Of a DNA stretch of 64,000 bases, positions 1 through 12,300 are shown one piece after another. Both the position numbers and the translations under genes were made by a program. The notes under the pieces are model-generated. The model made no database searches. It had not been told where the DNA came from and was given only the letters and a program-made list of their open reading frames with translations. Numbering within the stretch: position 1 is the first letter of the stretch; every line of letters begins with the position of its first letter. The DNA comes from Macrostomum hystrix (Eukaryota; Animalia; Platyhelminthes): NCBI GenBank assembly GCA_950097015.1, contig CATNEN010000024.1, positions 6,944,001-7,008,000 of the forward strand, given 5' to 3'.

Positions 1-362
1 CTCAATTGCCTACTTGCCCGGCCTGTCCTCAGATCCTACAGGCTATGAAAGGCAGGATTTTCCATGCGCATTCAATATGGGAAGACTTACTTGCGGCAGA
101 AAATCTCTGCTTAACTATAAGTTGTTGCAAGAAGAAGAAAAAGAAATGAATCAAAAAAACACTCCCTTTGAAATAAGATTTTTCTTTAAAGCAAGTGCTT
201 GTTTAAAATAATATTTTTACCATATTTCCTACTTTTGCCTCTACACAGACTATTAAATACTCCAATAGTTAATGAATATTTAAACGTCACTAGCCGTGGC
301 TCGCTGAATTATTAGGCCACAGAGAGAACCTAACAGACGACTGCCGCATTAAATAAAGGAAT

Positions 363-1915
363 ATGAGACAGGGGAGAGATGAGACAGGCGAGAGATGAGA
401 CAGGGGAGAGATGAGACAGGGGAGAGATGAGACGGAAGAGAGATGAGACAGGGGAGAGATGAGACAGAAGAGAGATGAGACAGGGGAGAGATGAGACAGG
501 GGAGAGATGAGACAGAAGAGAGATGAGACAGGGGAGAGATGAGACAGGGGAGAGATGAGACAGGGGAGAGATGAGACAGGGGAGAGATGAGACAGGGGAG
601 AGATGAGACAGAAGAGAGATGAGACAGGGGAGAGATGAGACGGAAGAGAGATGAGACAGGGGAGAGATGAGACAGAAGAGAGATGAGACAGGGTAGAGAT
701 GAGACGGAAGAGAGATGAGACAGGGGAGAGATGAGACGGAAGAGAGATGAGACAGGGGAGAGATGAGACAGGGGAGAGATGAGACAGGGGAGAGATGAGA
801 CAGAAGAGAGATGAGACAGGGGAGAGATGAGACAGGGGAGAGATGAGACAGGGGAGAGATGAGACACGGGAGAGATGAGACAGGGGAGAGATGAGACAGG
901 GGGAGATGAGACAGGGGAGAGATGAGACACGGAAGAGATGAGACGGAATAGATGAGACAGAAAAGAGATGAGACAGGGGAGAGATGAGACAGGGGGAGAT
1001 GAGACAGGGGAGAGATGAGACAGGGGGAGATGAGACAGGGGAGAGATGAGACAGGGGGAGATGAGACAGGGGAGAGATGAGACACGGAAGAGATGAGACG
1101 GAATAGATGAGACAGAAAAGAGATGAGACGGGGGAGAGAAATGGGAGATACGGGACAGATGAGACAGGGAGGGATAAAACAGGGGAGAGATGAAACAGGG
1201 GAGAGATGAGACACAGCAGAGATGAGACACGGGAGAGATGAGACAGGGGGAGATGAGACACGGGACAGATGAGACAGGGGAGAGATGAGACAGGGGGAGA
1301 TGAGACAGGGGAGAGATGAGACAGGGGGAGATGAGACAGGGGAGAGATGAGACAGGGGGAGATGAGACAGGGGAGAGATGAGACACGGAAGAGATGAGAC
1401 GGAATAGATGAGACAGAAAAGAGATGAGACGGGGGAGAGAAATGGGAGATACGGGACAGATGAGACAGGGAGGGATAAAACAGGGGAGAGATGAAACAGG
1501 GGAGAGATGAGACACAGCAGAGATGAGACACGGGAGAGATGAGACAGGGGGGAGATGAGACGGGGGAGAGAAACGGGAGACACGGGAGAGATGAAACAGG
1601 GAGGGATAAAACAGGGGAGAAATGAGACAGGGGAGAGATGAAACAGGGGAGAGATGAGACAGGGGAGAGATGAGACAGGGGAGAGATGAGACAGGGGAGA
1701 GATGAGACAGGGGAGAGATGAGACAGGGGAGAGATGAGACAGGGGAGAGATGAGACAGGGGAGAGATGAGACAGGGGAGAGATGAGACAGGAGAGAGATG
1801 AGACAGGGGAGAGATGAGACAGGGGAGAGATGAGACAGGGGAGAGATGAGACAGGGGAGAGATGAGACAGGGGAGAGATGAGACAGGGGAGAGATGAGAC
1901 AGGGGAGAGATGAGA
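363..1915 (+). repeat. Purine-rich minisatellite, 16-nt unit GAGATGAGACAGGGGA, roughly 95 copies, with variant blocks
   Basis: Directly visible tandem unit. It explains the low-complexity ORFs 290-1944 in three minus frames. Confidence 0.97.
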
Positions 1916-1949
1916 CAGGATACTATAGGCGTTGGAAGGGGCAACTGGC

Positions 1950-2008
1950 CGGACTTATGAGCTTCGAGGGCCGCATCTGGCCCGCGGGCCGGAGTTTGCC
2001 GACCCCTG
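1950..2008 (-). mobile_element. hAT-like DNA transposon terminus
   Basis: Reverse complement reads CAGGGGTCGGCAAACTCCGGCCCGCGGGCCAGATGCGGCCC, matching the terminal/subterminal pattern of hAT (Charlie/MER-type) elements. The partner end was not found. Confidence 0.6.
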
Positions 2009-2589
2009 TGTTAGATGATTATTGCAGATCAGTGAGACTGTGACAGACCAATTGAACTACCGTAAGGTAGCGAAGGCAAGATGCAGACCATTGCTCCTAT
2101 GCAAACAATACAGAAAACCCAGAATTCTATGAGCAAGTAAGTGGTCTTGACAACCAGAGCAAACACACAACTTGAGCTGCCAAACTTACATGCAACCAAG
2201 GCCAGTCTTATGCGCATGCCGATTTAGTTCGAAGCCGAACCTGGTCAAACGGTTGACCAACTCTAGGTATTGAATGTGTGCATTGAGTGAGATAAGAAAT
2301 CAGAGTAGAAAAAAGATGGACTTATCGGCAACTCAATCTCTTTCTCATTGGAGACGAGTTGAGAATGTAATATTGCCACGGTGATATGTGAGACTTATAA
2401 GAAATAATATTAAATTTATGTACCTACCAACATACTAAATAAACAGAAATATTGTGTGCAACAAAACACGAATTTTCTAACAAGCAGACACCCCCTAAAA
2501 CAGGTAGGTAGGTACTCCTTTCTAAGAGATGAACACCTCCTTAAAATATGGTGGACACCTCATTCTTATAAAGGTAGGCACCTCTATCT

Positions 2590-2870
2590 GATTAGGTGGA
2601 CAACTCTTTCTGACAAGGTAGATACCTCTTTCTGACAAGGTAGATACCTCTTTCTGACAAGGTAGATACCTCTTTCTGACAAGGTAGATACCTCTTTCTG
2701 ACAAGGTAGATACCTCTTTCTGACAAGGTAGATACCTCTTTCTGACAAGGTAGATACCTCTTTCTCACAAGGTAGATACCTCTTTCTGACATGGTAGATA
2801 CATCTTTCTGACATGGTAGATACCCTTTCTGACATGGTAGATACCTCTTTCTGACATGGTAGACACCCTT
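2590..2870 (+). repeat. 22-nt tandem repeat TCTTTCTGACAAGGTAGATACC, about 12 copies
   Basis: Directly visible. Confidence 0.95.
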
Positions 2871-4039
2871 TTAGAACAGACGGACAATATCTTTGGCAAG
2901 CAGACACCTCAATCTAATGAGCAGACACCTCTTTCACCTTCCTCCTATTTAAAAACGGCGGACACAACAATGCAGCAGGTATTGAAAGACAAGTGATAAT
3001 TACTAAGGTAGTTAGAAAACAATGCGATCAGTTTTTGCTGGCGCACAGCTCGGTCAGCCAATTAGCACACTGAAATTCGCGGTGTCTCGCATGAGTGCCA
3101 GATGAAGCGGCTGCGTTTGTAAGCTAGAAATTAATGAATGAATAGCAAAGCCCGCTTTGAATTCTATGAATTCAACACTATAAAGGAAGTGCTGACGGGC
3201 ACAAAGCTGAGAGAGAACCAGAGAGACAAAGAAATTCACAGCCGCGAAACTGACCAGCAGTCAGTTAAATTATCTCGCGCCAATCGGCCCTAAAAAAATG
3301 AATCTCGCTGTTAGATCCACCAGTGTCCCAGCCCTGGTAACAACGCATCAACAGGCTTCGGTGACTAAGCGGATAATTCGAAGGGTGTAGGGGATTCTTA
3401 AAAAATCACCTTTTGTTCCCCCCGTTCTGCCAGGCAAGTCGGAGATCTTTCAATCTCTGCTTGCAGGATGTTTCAGCCGGCGGACGCATCTACAGATTTT
3501 TTTGCATCAATTAACACTGGCCCGCCAGCCTCACTGCAAGGGGGGTCTCGGACGATAAGAGGGCCGTCCAGACAGGCGCCACCGAAGGCTAATGCTCCCC
3601 CAATTCCTTATTCTAATATTAGGAATTCAAGCGCTAGATGATGCCGCTACAGAGCTGGCCTAACTATCAGCTGCCGCCGCTGTTCAAATCTCATTGTGCC
3701 GGCATGGCAGACCGATGTCCGGCCAAAGTCTGACATTAGCGCAGTTGGCAGCCCCGTTGTCGGCCGTCTGTCGCTACAAATGGGCTATAAAAAGCAACGA
3801 AAGCAACGAAATGGCTGAAGGGCTCGCAGTCAATGTGTAAAAGTATCGGTCAAACCCGTATAAACTTCGCAATTCAACATTTGCTTCTTATACTATTGGA
3901 AGTAAGCTAAATATTTCAATCTAAAAAGGGATGTGCGATTGTATTTAGAGACAAATAAATATCTTTTTTGAATGAAAGTAAATTTAGGAGAAGTGTTGCT
4001 TGAGAACGTAAACACTCCTGAAGCACTCAGACACAATGT

Positions 4040-4380
4040 GGGGTTCAGTGGCAGAGCGGTCTAACGCGTTTGCCTCTCGCGCCAAGGTCCATGAGTTCGA
4101 TTCCGCGGCGAGGCCACATTCATTTAGAGCGCAGCCGCGGAGAGAAGGCTTTGGTGAGGGTCAACCTCAACGGCACATAAGAGAGTGTACACTGCCTGAC
4201 GATGATAAAGTCACTGCAGATGTTGCACCCCTGTGTGAGTGCCTGCGTACAGAATCTGTGTGCGTGTGTGTGCTCAGGAGTCAGCGAAATGGGCAGAATT
4301 GCTTCCTCGCTGGCTGCGGATCTATAGTGTCACCAAATGATGTGCCATTGCCCACAGCCCTCCTGCAATTACTATTATAA
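4040..4380 (+). mobile_element. tRNA-derived SINE, family A (reference copy)
   Basis: A-box TGGCAGAGCGG, B-box GTTCGATTC, body, 3' end GTGTCACCAAATGATGTGCCATTGCC plus (TAT/TAA)n tail. At least 7 other copies in the window. Confidence 0.9.
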
Positions 4381-4859
4381 TTCAGGCACAATGTTCGCCA
4401 TGCAAAAACACAACAGTAACAGTCTGGACCGAAATATCATAGGGAGGCTACGTTAGAGCGCAGATCATAATTCCACACCAAGAGAGTTGTTTGAGACCAT
4501 GCTCAATTCAAGGGATTATAGCTCTGGGAGTCAGGCACGACGAAGTCGCGGATCTTAACGCATTCGTGGCTAATCCTTCGGCCGATTAATGGGCAAGGTC
4601 AGGCGAGTTTTTTCTCTAGATACTTTAACCGGCAGAGCTAGCTCTGAGCTGATGGGCAAATCCTAGAGGTCACAGTAGAATAGCTTATAAGCCGACTGGT
4701 TGATGCGCCGTGTGGTAATGAACATAGAGATTAAACTCTCCATCATGGTTGCGAGACTAGGAACGAGAATTCTGGTTACGAAACGTCATCCAAAAATTAG
4801 TCAGGCTGCTGAGTAGGCGATAAATTGTTGAACTTCTAAGTAGATTAGAATTTTGTTGA

Positions 4860-7565
4860 AGCTGGGGTTCTATTAAGGTTTTGATGGAGCTGGGGTTCTA
4901 TTGTGGTTTTGATGGAGCTGGGGATCTATTGTGGTTTTGATGGAGCTGGGGTTCTATTGTGGTTTTGATGGAGCTGGGGATCTATTGGGGTTTTGATGAA
5001 GCTGGGGTTCTATTGTGGTTTTGATGGAGCTGGGGATCTATTGGGGTTTTGATGGAGCTGGGGTTCTATTGTGGTTTTGATGAAGCTGGGGTTCTATTGG
5101 AGTTTTGATGAAGCTGGGGTTCTATTGGAGTTTTGATGAAGCTGGGGTTCTATTGGAGTTTTGATGAAGCTGGGGTTCTATTGTGGTTTTGATGAAGCTG
5201 GGGTTCTATTGGAGTTTTGATGAAGCTGGGGTTCTATTGTGGTTTTGATGAAGCTGGGGTTCTATTGGAGTTTTGATGAAGCTGGGGTTCTATTGGAGTT
5301 TTGATGAAGCTGGGGTTCTATTGGAGTTTTGATGAAGCTGGGGTTCTATTGTGGTTTTGATGAAGCTGGGGTTCTATTAAGGTTTTGATGAAGCTGGGGT
5401 TCTATTGTGGTTTTGATGAAGCTGGGGTTCTATTAAGGTTTTGATGAAGCTGGGGTTCTATTGGAGTTTTGATGAAGCTGGGGTTCTATTAAGGTTTTGA
5501 TGAAGCTGGGGTTCTATTGGGGTTTTGATGAAGCTGGGGTTCTATTGGAGTTTTGATGAAGCTGGGGTTCTATTGGGGTTTTGATAAAGCTGGGGTTCTA
5601 TTGGGGTTTTGATGAAGCTGGGGTTCTATTGTGGTTTTGATGGAGCTGGGGTTCTATTGGGATTTTAATGAAGCTGGGGTTCTATTGGAGTTTTGATGAA
5701 GCTGGGGTTCTATTGGAGTTTTGATGAAGCTGGGGTTCTATTGGGATTTTAATGAAGCTGGGGTTCTATTGGAGTTTTGATGAAGCTGGGGTTCTATTGG
5801 AGTTTTAATGAAGCTGGGGTTCTTTTGGGGTTTTGATGAAGCTGGGGTTCTATTGAGGTTTTGATGAAGCTGGGGTTCTATTGAGGTTTTGATGAAGCTG
5901 GGGTTCTATTGGGGTTTTAATGAAGCTGGGGTTCTATTGTGGTTTCAATGAAGCTGGGGTTCTATTGTGGTTTCAATGAAGCTGGGGTTCTATTGTGGTT
6001 TTAATGAAGCTGGGGTTCTATTGGGGTTTCGATGAAGCTGGGGTTCTATTGTGGTTTCAATGAAGCTGGGGTTCTATTGTGGTTTTAATGAAGCTGGGGT
6101 TCTATTGGAGTTTTGATGAAGCTGGGGTTCTATTGTGGTTTCGATGAAGCTGGGGTTCTATTGGGATTTTAATAGAGCTGGGGTTCTGTTGGAGTTTTGA
6201 TGAAGCTGGGGTTCTATTGAGGTTTTGATGAAGCTGGGGTTCTATTGGGGTTTTGTTGAAGCTGGGGTTCTATTGGGGTTTTGTTGAATCTGGGGTTCTA
6301 TTGGGGTTTTGATGAAGCTGGGGTTCTATTGGGGTTTTGATGAAGCTGGGGTTCTTTTGGGGTTTTGATGAAGCTGGGGTTCTATTGAGGTTTTGATGAA
6401 GCTGGGGTTCTATTGGGGTTTTGTTGAAGCTGGGGTTCTATTAGGGTTTTGATGAAGCTGGGGTTCTATTGTGGTTTTGATGGAGCTGGGGTTCTTTTGG
6501 GGTTTTGATGAAGCTGGGGTTCTATTGAGGTTTTGATGAAGCTGGGGTTCTATTGGGGTTTTGTTGAAGCTGGGGTTCTATTGGAGTTTTGATGAAGCTG
6601 GGGTTCTATTGAGGTTTTGATGAAGCTGGGGTTCTATTGGGGTTTTGATGAAGCTGGGGTTCTATTGGGGTTTTGTTGAAGCTGGGGTTCTATTAGGGTT
6701 TTGTTGAATCTGGGGTTCTATTGAGGTTTTGATGAAGCTGGGGTTCTATTGGGGTTTTGTTGAAGCTGGGGTTCTATTGGGGTTTTGTTGAAGCTGGGGT
6801 TCTATTAGGGTTTTGTTGAATCTGGGGTTCTATTGAGGTTTTGATGAAGCTGGGGTTCTATTGGGGTTTTGTTGAAGCTGGGGTTCTATTAGGGTTTTGA
6901 TGGAGCTGGGGATCTATTGGGGTTTTAATGAAGCTGGGGTTCTTTTGGGGTTTTGATGAAGCTGGGGTTCTATTGGGGTTTTGTTGAAGCTGGGGTTCTA
7001 TTAGGGTTTTGTTGAATCTGGGGTTCTATTGAGGTTTCAATGAAGCTGGGGTTCTTTTGGGGTTTTGATGGAGCTGGGGATCTATTGGGGTTTTAATGAA
7101 GCTGGGGTTCTATTGAGGTTTTGATGAAGCTGGGGTTCTATTGGGATTTTAATGAAGCTGGGGTTCTATTGAGGTTTTGATGAAGCTGGGGTTCTATTGG
7201 GATTTAAATGAAGCTGGGGTTCTATTGGGGTTTCGATGAAGCTGGGGTTCTATTGTGGTTTCAATGAAGCTGGGGTTCTATTGTGGTTTTAATGAAGCTG
7301 GGGTTCTATTGGAGTTTTGATGAAGCTGGGGTTCTATTGTGGTTTCGATGAAGCTGGGGTTCTATTGGGATTTTAATGAAGCTGGGGTTCTATTGGAGTT
7401 TTGATGAAGCTGGGGTTCTATTGAGGTTTTGATGAAGCTGGGGTTCTATTGGGGTTTTGTTGAAGCTGGGGTTCTATTGGGGTTTTGTTGAATCTGGGGT
7501 TCTATTGGGGTTTTAATGAAGCTGGGGTTCTTTTGGGGTTTTGATGAAGCTGGGGTTCTATTGAG
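4860..7565 (+). repeat. G/T-rich minisatellite, 28-nt unit GAAGCTGGGGTTCTATTGGRGTTTTGAT, roughly 95 copies
   Basis: Directly visible, period 28. Confidence 0.97.
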
Positions 7566-7889
7566 GGTTGTGGTTTCAGAATTCACTTTTATTTTTAAGG
7601 TGCATAATTTTGACAAGGTTAATATGAGTAATTGTATTGAATTGAAATTAAGAAAATGTAACTTTCGTTAGACAAAAAGTAGCGGAGAATGAATAGAAAT
7701 TAAAATAAATGTATTTAATTATAAAGTTATAGTTGAAAAAAATAAAACAATGTATGACATTCTAGTAACTAAGTGAAACAAAAACGACTATAAAAACATG
7801 TCTTTAAAACGAAGAATTGAAAAAACCTTCAAAAAACACAACCACAACAAAACAGTAAAAAATCACCCGAAAATAGCAATTTAGCAACT

Positions 7890-8490
7890 TGACATTACAC
7901 CTTCAGAAACCTACATTACACCTTCAGAAACCTACATTACACCTTCAGAAACCTACATTGCACCTTCAGGAACTTGACGTTACACCTTCAGGAACTTGAC
8001 GTTACACCTTCAGGAACTTGACATTACACCTTCAGGAACTTGACATTTCACCTTCAGGAACTTGACATTACACCTTCAGGAACCTACATTACACCTTCAG
8101 GAACTTGACATTACACCTTCAGGAACTTGACATTACACCTTCAGGAACTTGAAATTACACTTTCAGGAACTTGACATTACACTTTCAGAAACTTGACATT
8201 ACACTTTCAGGAACTTGACATTAAACTTTCAGAAACTTGACATTACACTTTCAGGAACTTGACATTACACTTTCAGGAACTTGACATTACACTTTCAGGA
8301 ACTTGACATTACACCTTCAGGAACTTGACATTACACCTTCAGGAACTTGACATTACACTTTCAGGAACTTGACATTACACTTTCAGGAACTTGACATTAC
8401 ACCTTCAGGAACTTGACATTACACCTTCAGGAACTTGACATTACACTTTCAGGAACTTGACATTACACTTTCAGGAACTTGACATTACTC
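7890..8490 (+). repeat. 22-nt tandem repeat TTCAGGAACTTGACATTACACY, about 27 copies
   Basis: Directly visible. Confidence 0.95.
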
Positions 8491-9376
8491 TTTAAGCAGC
8501 AAGAAAATCAATCGAAGCTTTATTGCCAAAACAAAAAAAAAATTAGGCGTTTTAATTGTAATAATCAGCAAATGGAACAAGTCGAATAAAAAACACACTA
8601 AGATTCGCGACTAAAACAAAAAAATAGTTTAAAAAAAATGACAAACCAGAAACAAAATCAAAAGTCGAAAATTGACCACCACCAATAAAAACGTAGTTTT
8701 CTAGCATTTTTGAAGACACGACTCACACGAGTACACATGGAACACTCGTAGTACTCACGGGATAATAGCAAGTCTGGAATCTGTGGGATTATGAAGCTAT
8801 GTATAAATCCAGAAGTGAATTTTGTACTCGAGTACAATATTATTTCACTGGATATAAAACTAAGGTATTCCAAGATCTACTTATTCCGTAATCCCTAGCC
8901 CTAGTAACGCTTTTGCGTCCAAGGTGCCACGCGAAAAACAATGCTAGAAATGAAAAAGTAACGTTTTTAAAAATAAAACAAAAATACTAAGAATTGGCAA
9001 AACAGGACATGAAAAAAACATAATAATATAATTTGACATCAACTACTAACAGTAATGATGAGTACAGAACAACGAAAACTCGTGCAAAAAAGAAATATTC
9101 GCGCACACTTATTAATTATTCCGCCTAATCTACTTGCCAAAAACCAAAAGATCGCAATAGAACAAAACAAAAAAACATGACAGTTATAAAAAAACATTTT
9201 CGACATAATTCCGTCTTGTGAAAGTAAAATTAACTAATTCGAGAACGGGTGCCAGGTGATTGCAAACCATGCTCTCGTTGCATGAATTTAAATATCAGTG
9301 CGCAGGAAAACGAAACCATTAGTTTCCGAAAAGTTCTTCAGTTAAAGACACAAACATCGAGCTCGAAGCGCTGAGG

Positions 9377-12300
9377 CTACAGAGAGAATTGGCGGTCGGT
9401 AAATACCCGATAGAGCGGCATAATCTGGTCGGGATCGGAGATGACCAGCATAGCGCAGTACTCGGATTTAGTCGCATCTTCAACGCGAACGCAGTCGAAA
9501 TCGGCCGAGTCCGCTGGAGGCGGGTGGCTCACCTCTTTTCCTAGCAGAACTTTGCACAGAAGCAGAGCGTCGCCGTAATCCTTGGAGATACGAGTGAACT
9601 CTGAGAAGTAGATGCCTTCGCCGTAGGCCTTGCGAACGCATTTGTCTAAGCGAAAGTTCTCTTTGAAAATCGAATCCGCATTGGCCTTCTTAGTGCCGTG
9701 AAAGGCGTACACCCAGGCCGAGTTGTTGTATTTGTTCAGAAATTCAGTCTGCTTGGCCTGGAACTGGTACTCAAGCTGGGGGTTGCGGTTCACCCACACC
9801 TCTGTGATGCTGCCCAGATCGCTTGCGGTGCCATCGATGCGCAAGTACTCAGATTGCACAGAGGCAAAGTGAAGCGATTCGCAGCTATTGCCGTCAGTCT
9901 TGTATCTGCTTGGCCGGATCTTCAGAATTTGGTTGTGCGTGCTGGATGGTAGCGACAGGTTCGGCAGCTCTGTCTGGTTAGAATAGTGAATTACGTACTG
10001 CGGCACGGCTTGTCTGGGATCGAAGATCACGAATTCGTCAAACAGGACGCCACCGGAGGACTTGGTGTTTCTTGGCGCAAACAGTGAATCGTAGCCCTTC
10101 TGTTTAAGATCTGCGTGTGACCTGTATTCCTGAGTTGCCGAAGTGACTTTCAGGCTCTTCCCAATGAGCACGTCGCACAGCAATAGCATATTAGAGCCTT
10201 TGGTATAGATCGGCTGGCTGCTCTTAGACGAATTGGTTGCAAAGTAAATCCCGGCACCGTACATTCCAGCCTTGTTTGGTAGCTTGAAGCCTTCGTTTAA
10301 AATGCTTTGCAGTGCATCCGCCGAAGTTCCGTGGAATTTCTTTTCGCTACGGCCCGGCTCAACAGCCAACTTGGCTTTGAAGTCCAGATACTGCGAGGTG
10401 AGCTTGACACTTTCGACTTTCTCAATCTTTGTGATAGCCGGATGCCAGCCGTGCTCAGGCTGGATGAAATTCATGACCCGATCGTGTACATCAAGATATT
10501 CATCGAGGTCGTCAGCACAGGTTAAAGTGCGAACAGTTGGAAGCGAATCCTTCCTGGCTCTCAGTTTGGCCAGCTCTTGAAGTGCGCTTCTACGAATCGC
10601 CTGCTGCAGCATTAGCGTTTGCTCCTTCTCGGCGTCAGCTTGAACTTCCGCACAGATCTTGCAGCACTTAGAGTTGCAGGCCTGGCAGCACTGCAGCTGG
10701 CAAGGGTGGCCGCATCCTTCCAAAGGCTTTTTGCAAAGCGCCTCGCAAGAAACCTGACTTTCTGGAGTTGAACACGCTCTTTTAGCCGTGTGCGTGCATG
10801 GTAGCACGAACGAGATCTTGACTTGGCATGCGACGGAGGCGCAGTCAACTGAGCAGATAGACGGGCAGCTGTGTCCGCAAGTGAGCTTGCGCTCGCACTT
10901 TGCCTTGCAAACTAACTGCTGTTCACTGATGTAGCACGGAACCTGGATGCTGTGATCACAATCGCGAAATATTCTTACTGTCTGGACAAGGCACGGCTTT
11001 AAATTGCACAGCTCGCCACACTTGGACAAGCACGGATGACTGCAAGGCAGCTTCCGGTTGCAGGCAAGCTGGCAGGTCAGCGTCTGTCGATCCTCGTGAC
11101 ACTTTGTGTTAACGGTGTACCCGCATGGAAACTCAAATGGAATTTTTTCTTGACAAGCGCGGTTAGAGCAGAGCTCGTGACACTTTAGTAGGCATTTGTG
11201 GCCGCAGGCAAGCAGTCTCTCGCAAGGCTTTGTGCAGTTGAAGTAGCTGTCTGGAACTCCACACATCTTCTCAATGACATGAGAACAGTTCGCAAACTGC
11301 ATCGATACCTTTTCCTTGCAAGTTTTGCTGCTGATTGACTCAGAGCAAAACTTGGTATCGGAATGTCCACAGCCAGGGTGTTGAAATGGAACAACAACCT
11401 TGCAATTGTCATGCTCCAGGTCATGTGGCGGTTGACACAGCTGCTGACAATGGTGAAGCTCGCAGGACATCAGGATTCCGCAAGTCTCCTTGCAGAATGA
11501 TGACATTATCGGAATTTGTTCGTAGCTCTCAGACTGCACTACAGTCTGAGAATGATTAGGACAGCAAAGCGACAGCTTGGGCCCGACGCAACTAGCATTT
11601 TTCATACCGTCAAGTAGATAGCGCCACGTTTTGCCTTCAGGACTCTCATAGATGCAGTCGGCATTGCCAATGAAAATCATTGCCAACCTAGCCCTGGATT
11701 GGGCCACACAGCGCCGATTGAGCGCTCGGAGAAAACCGATTTTCTTAGATGGGTTCGAGCGAACCAGAGAAACGATCACTATATCGTTCTCGTCGCCTTG
11801 ATAAAGATCAATCGTAAAAATCTTCAGAGATATTTCCGCCTTCGACTCTACCATCGGCGCTTCATTGAACTCTTGTTCGTCAAAGTTCTGGTTCGATTGC
11901 CTCTTGAATAGAGTGGCTAGGAAGTCTGACTTGGCAGCAAACTCTTTGAACAACTGCCGTATTAGAGTAGTTTGGCGCCTGTAGGCCGACAAGATAGTGA
12001 TGCGAGCAGGAGGACATCCTTGGGTAATCAAGAACACAGCAAGGTGAATACAACGCTGAGCCTCTTCCATGTTAACTGCGCCGTGACCAAGTGCAGCAGT
12101 TTCCTGTTTGCTGTGTGTCCAGAAAAACATCGATCTAGTGAGGCACTGCGGGATGAGCTGTCTGGTACCAACAACGGCCAGATTGTCACGCAGGTTTGGA
12201 TAGATGTCTCGGAGTAGAAGACTGAATTCTGGTTTCATGCGACTTTGCAACTCAAGCTGGTCGTACTTGATACCTCTGGAAATAAGTCGCTCCATCATGG

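Noticed and set aside
290-1944. Four 400-530-aa minus-strand ORFs
   Set aside because: Translations of a stop-free 16-nt satellite in all frames
4036-4120. tRNA-like sequences here and at 21100, 27300, 42450, 53357, 58980
   Set aside because: They run into shared SINE bodies and lack a proper acceptor stem, so they are SINE heads rather than tRNA genes
4860-7565. Possible CRISPR-like array (also 7890-8490 and 32075-32717)
   Set aside because: Head-to-tail units with no unique spacers, no cas genes, eukaryotic context
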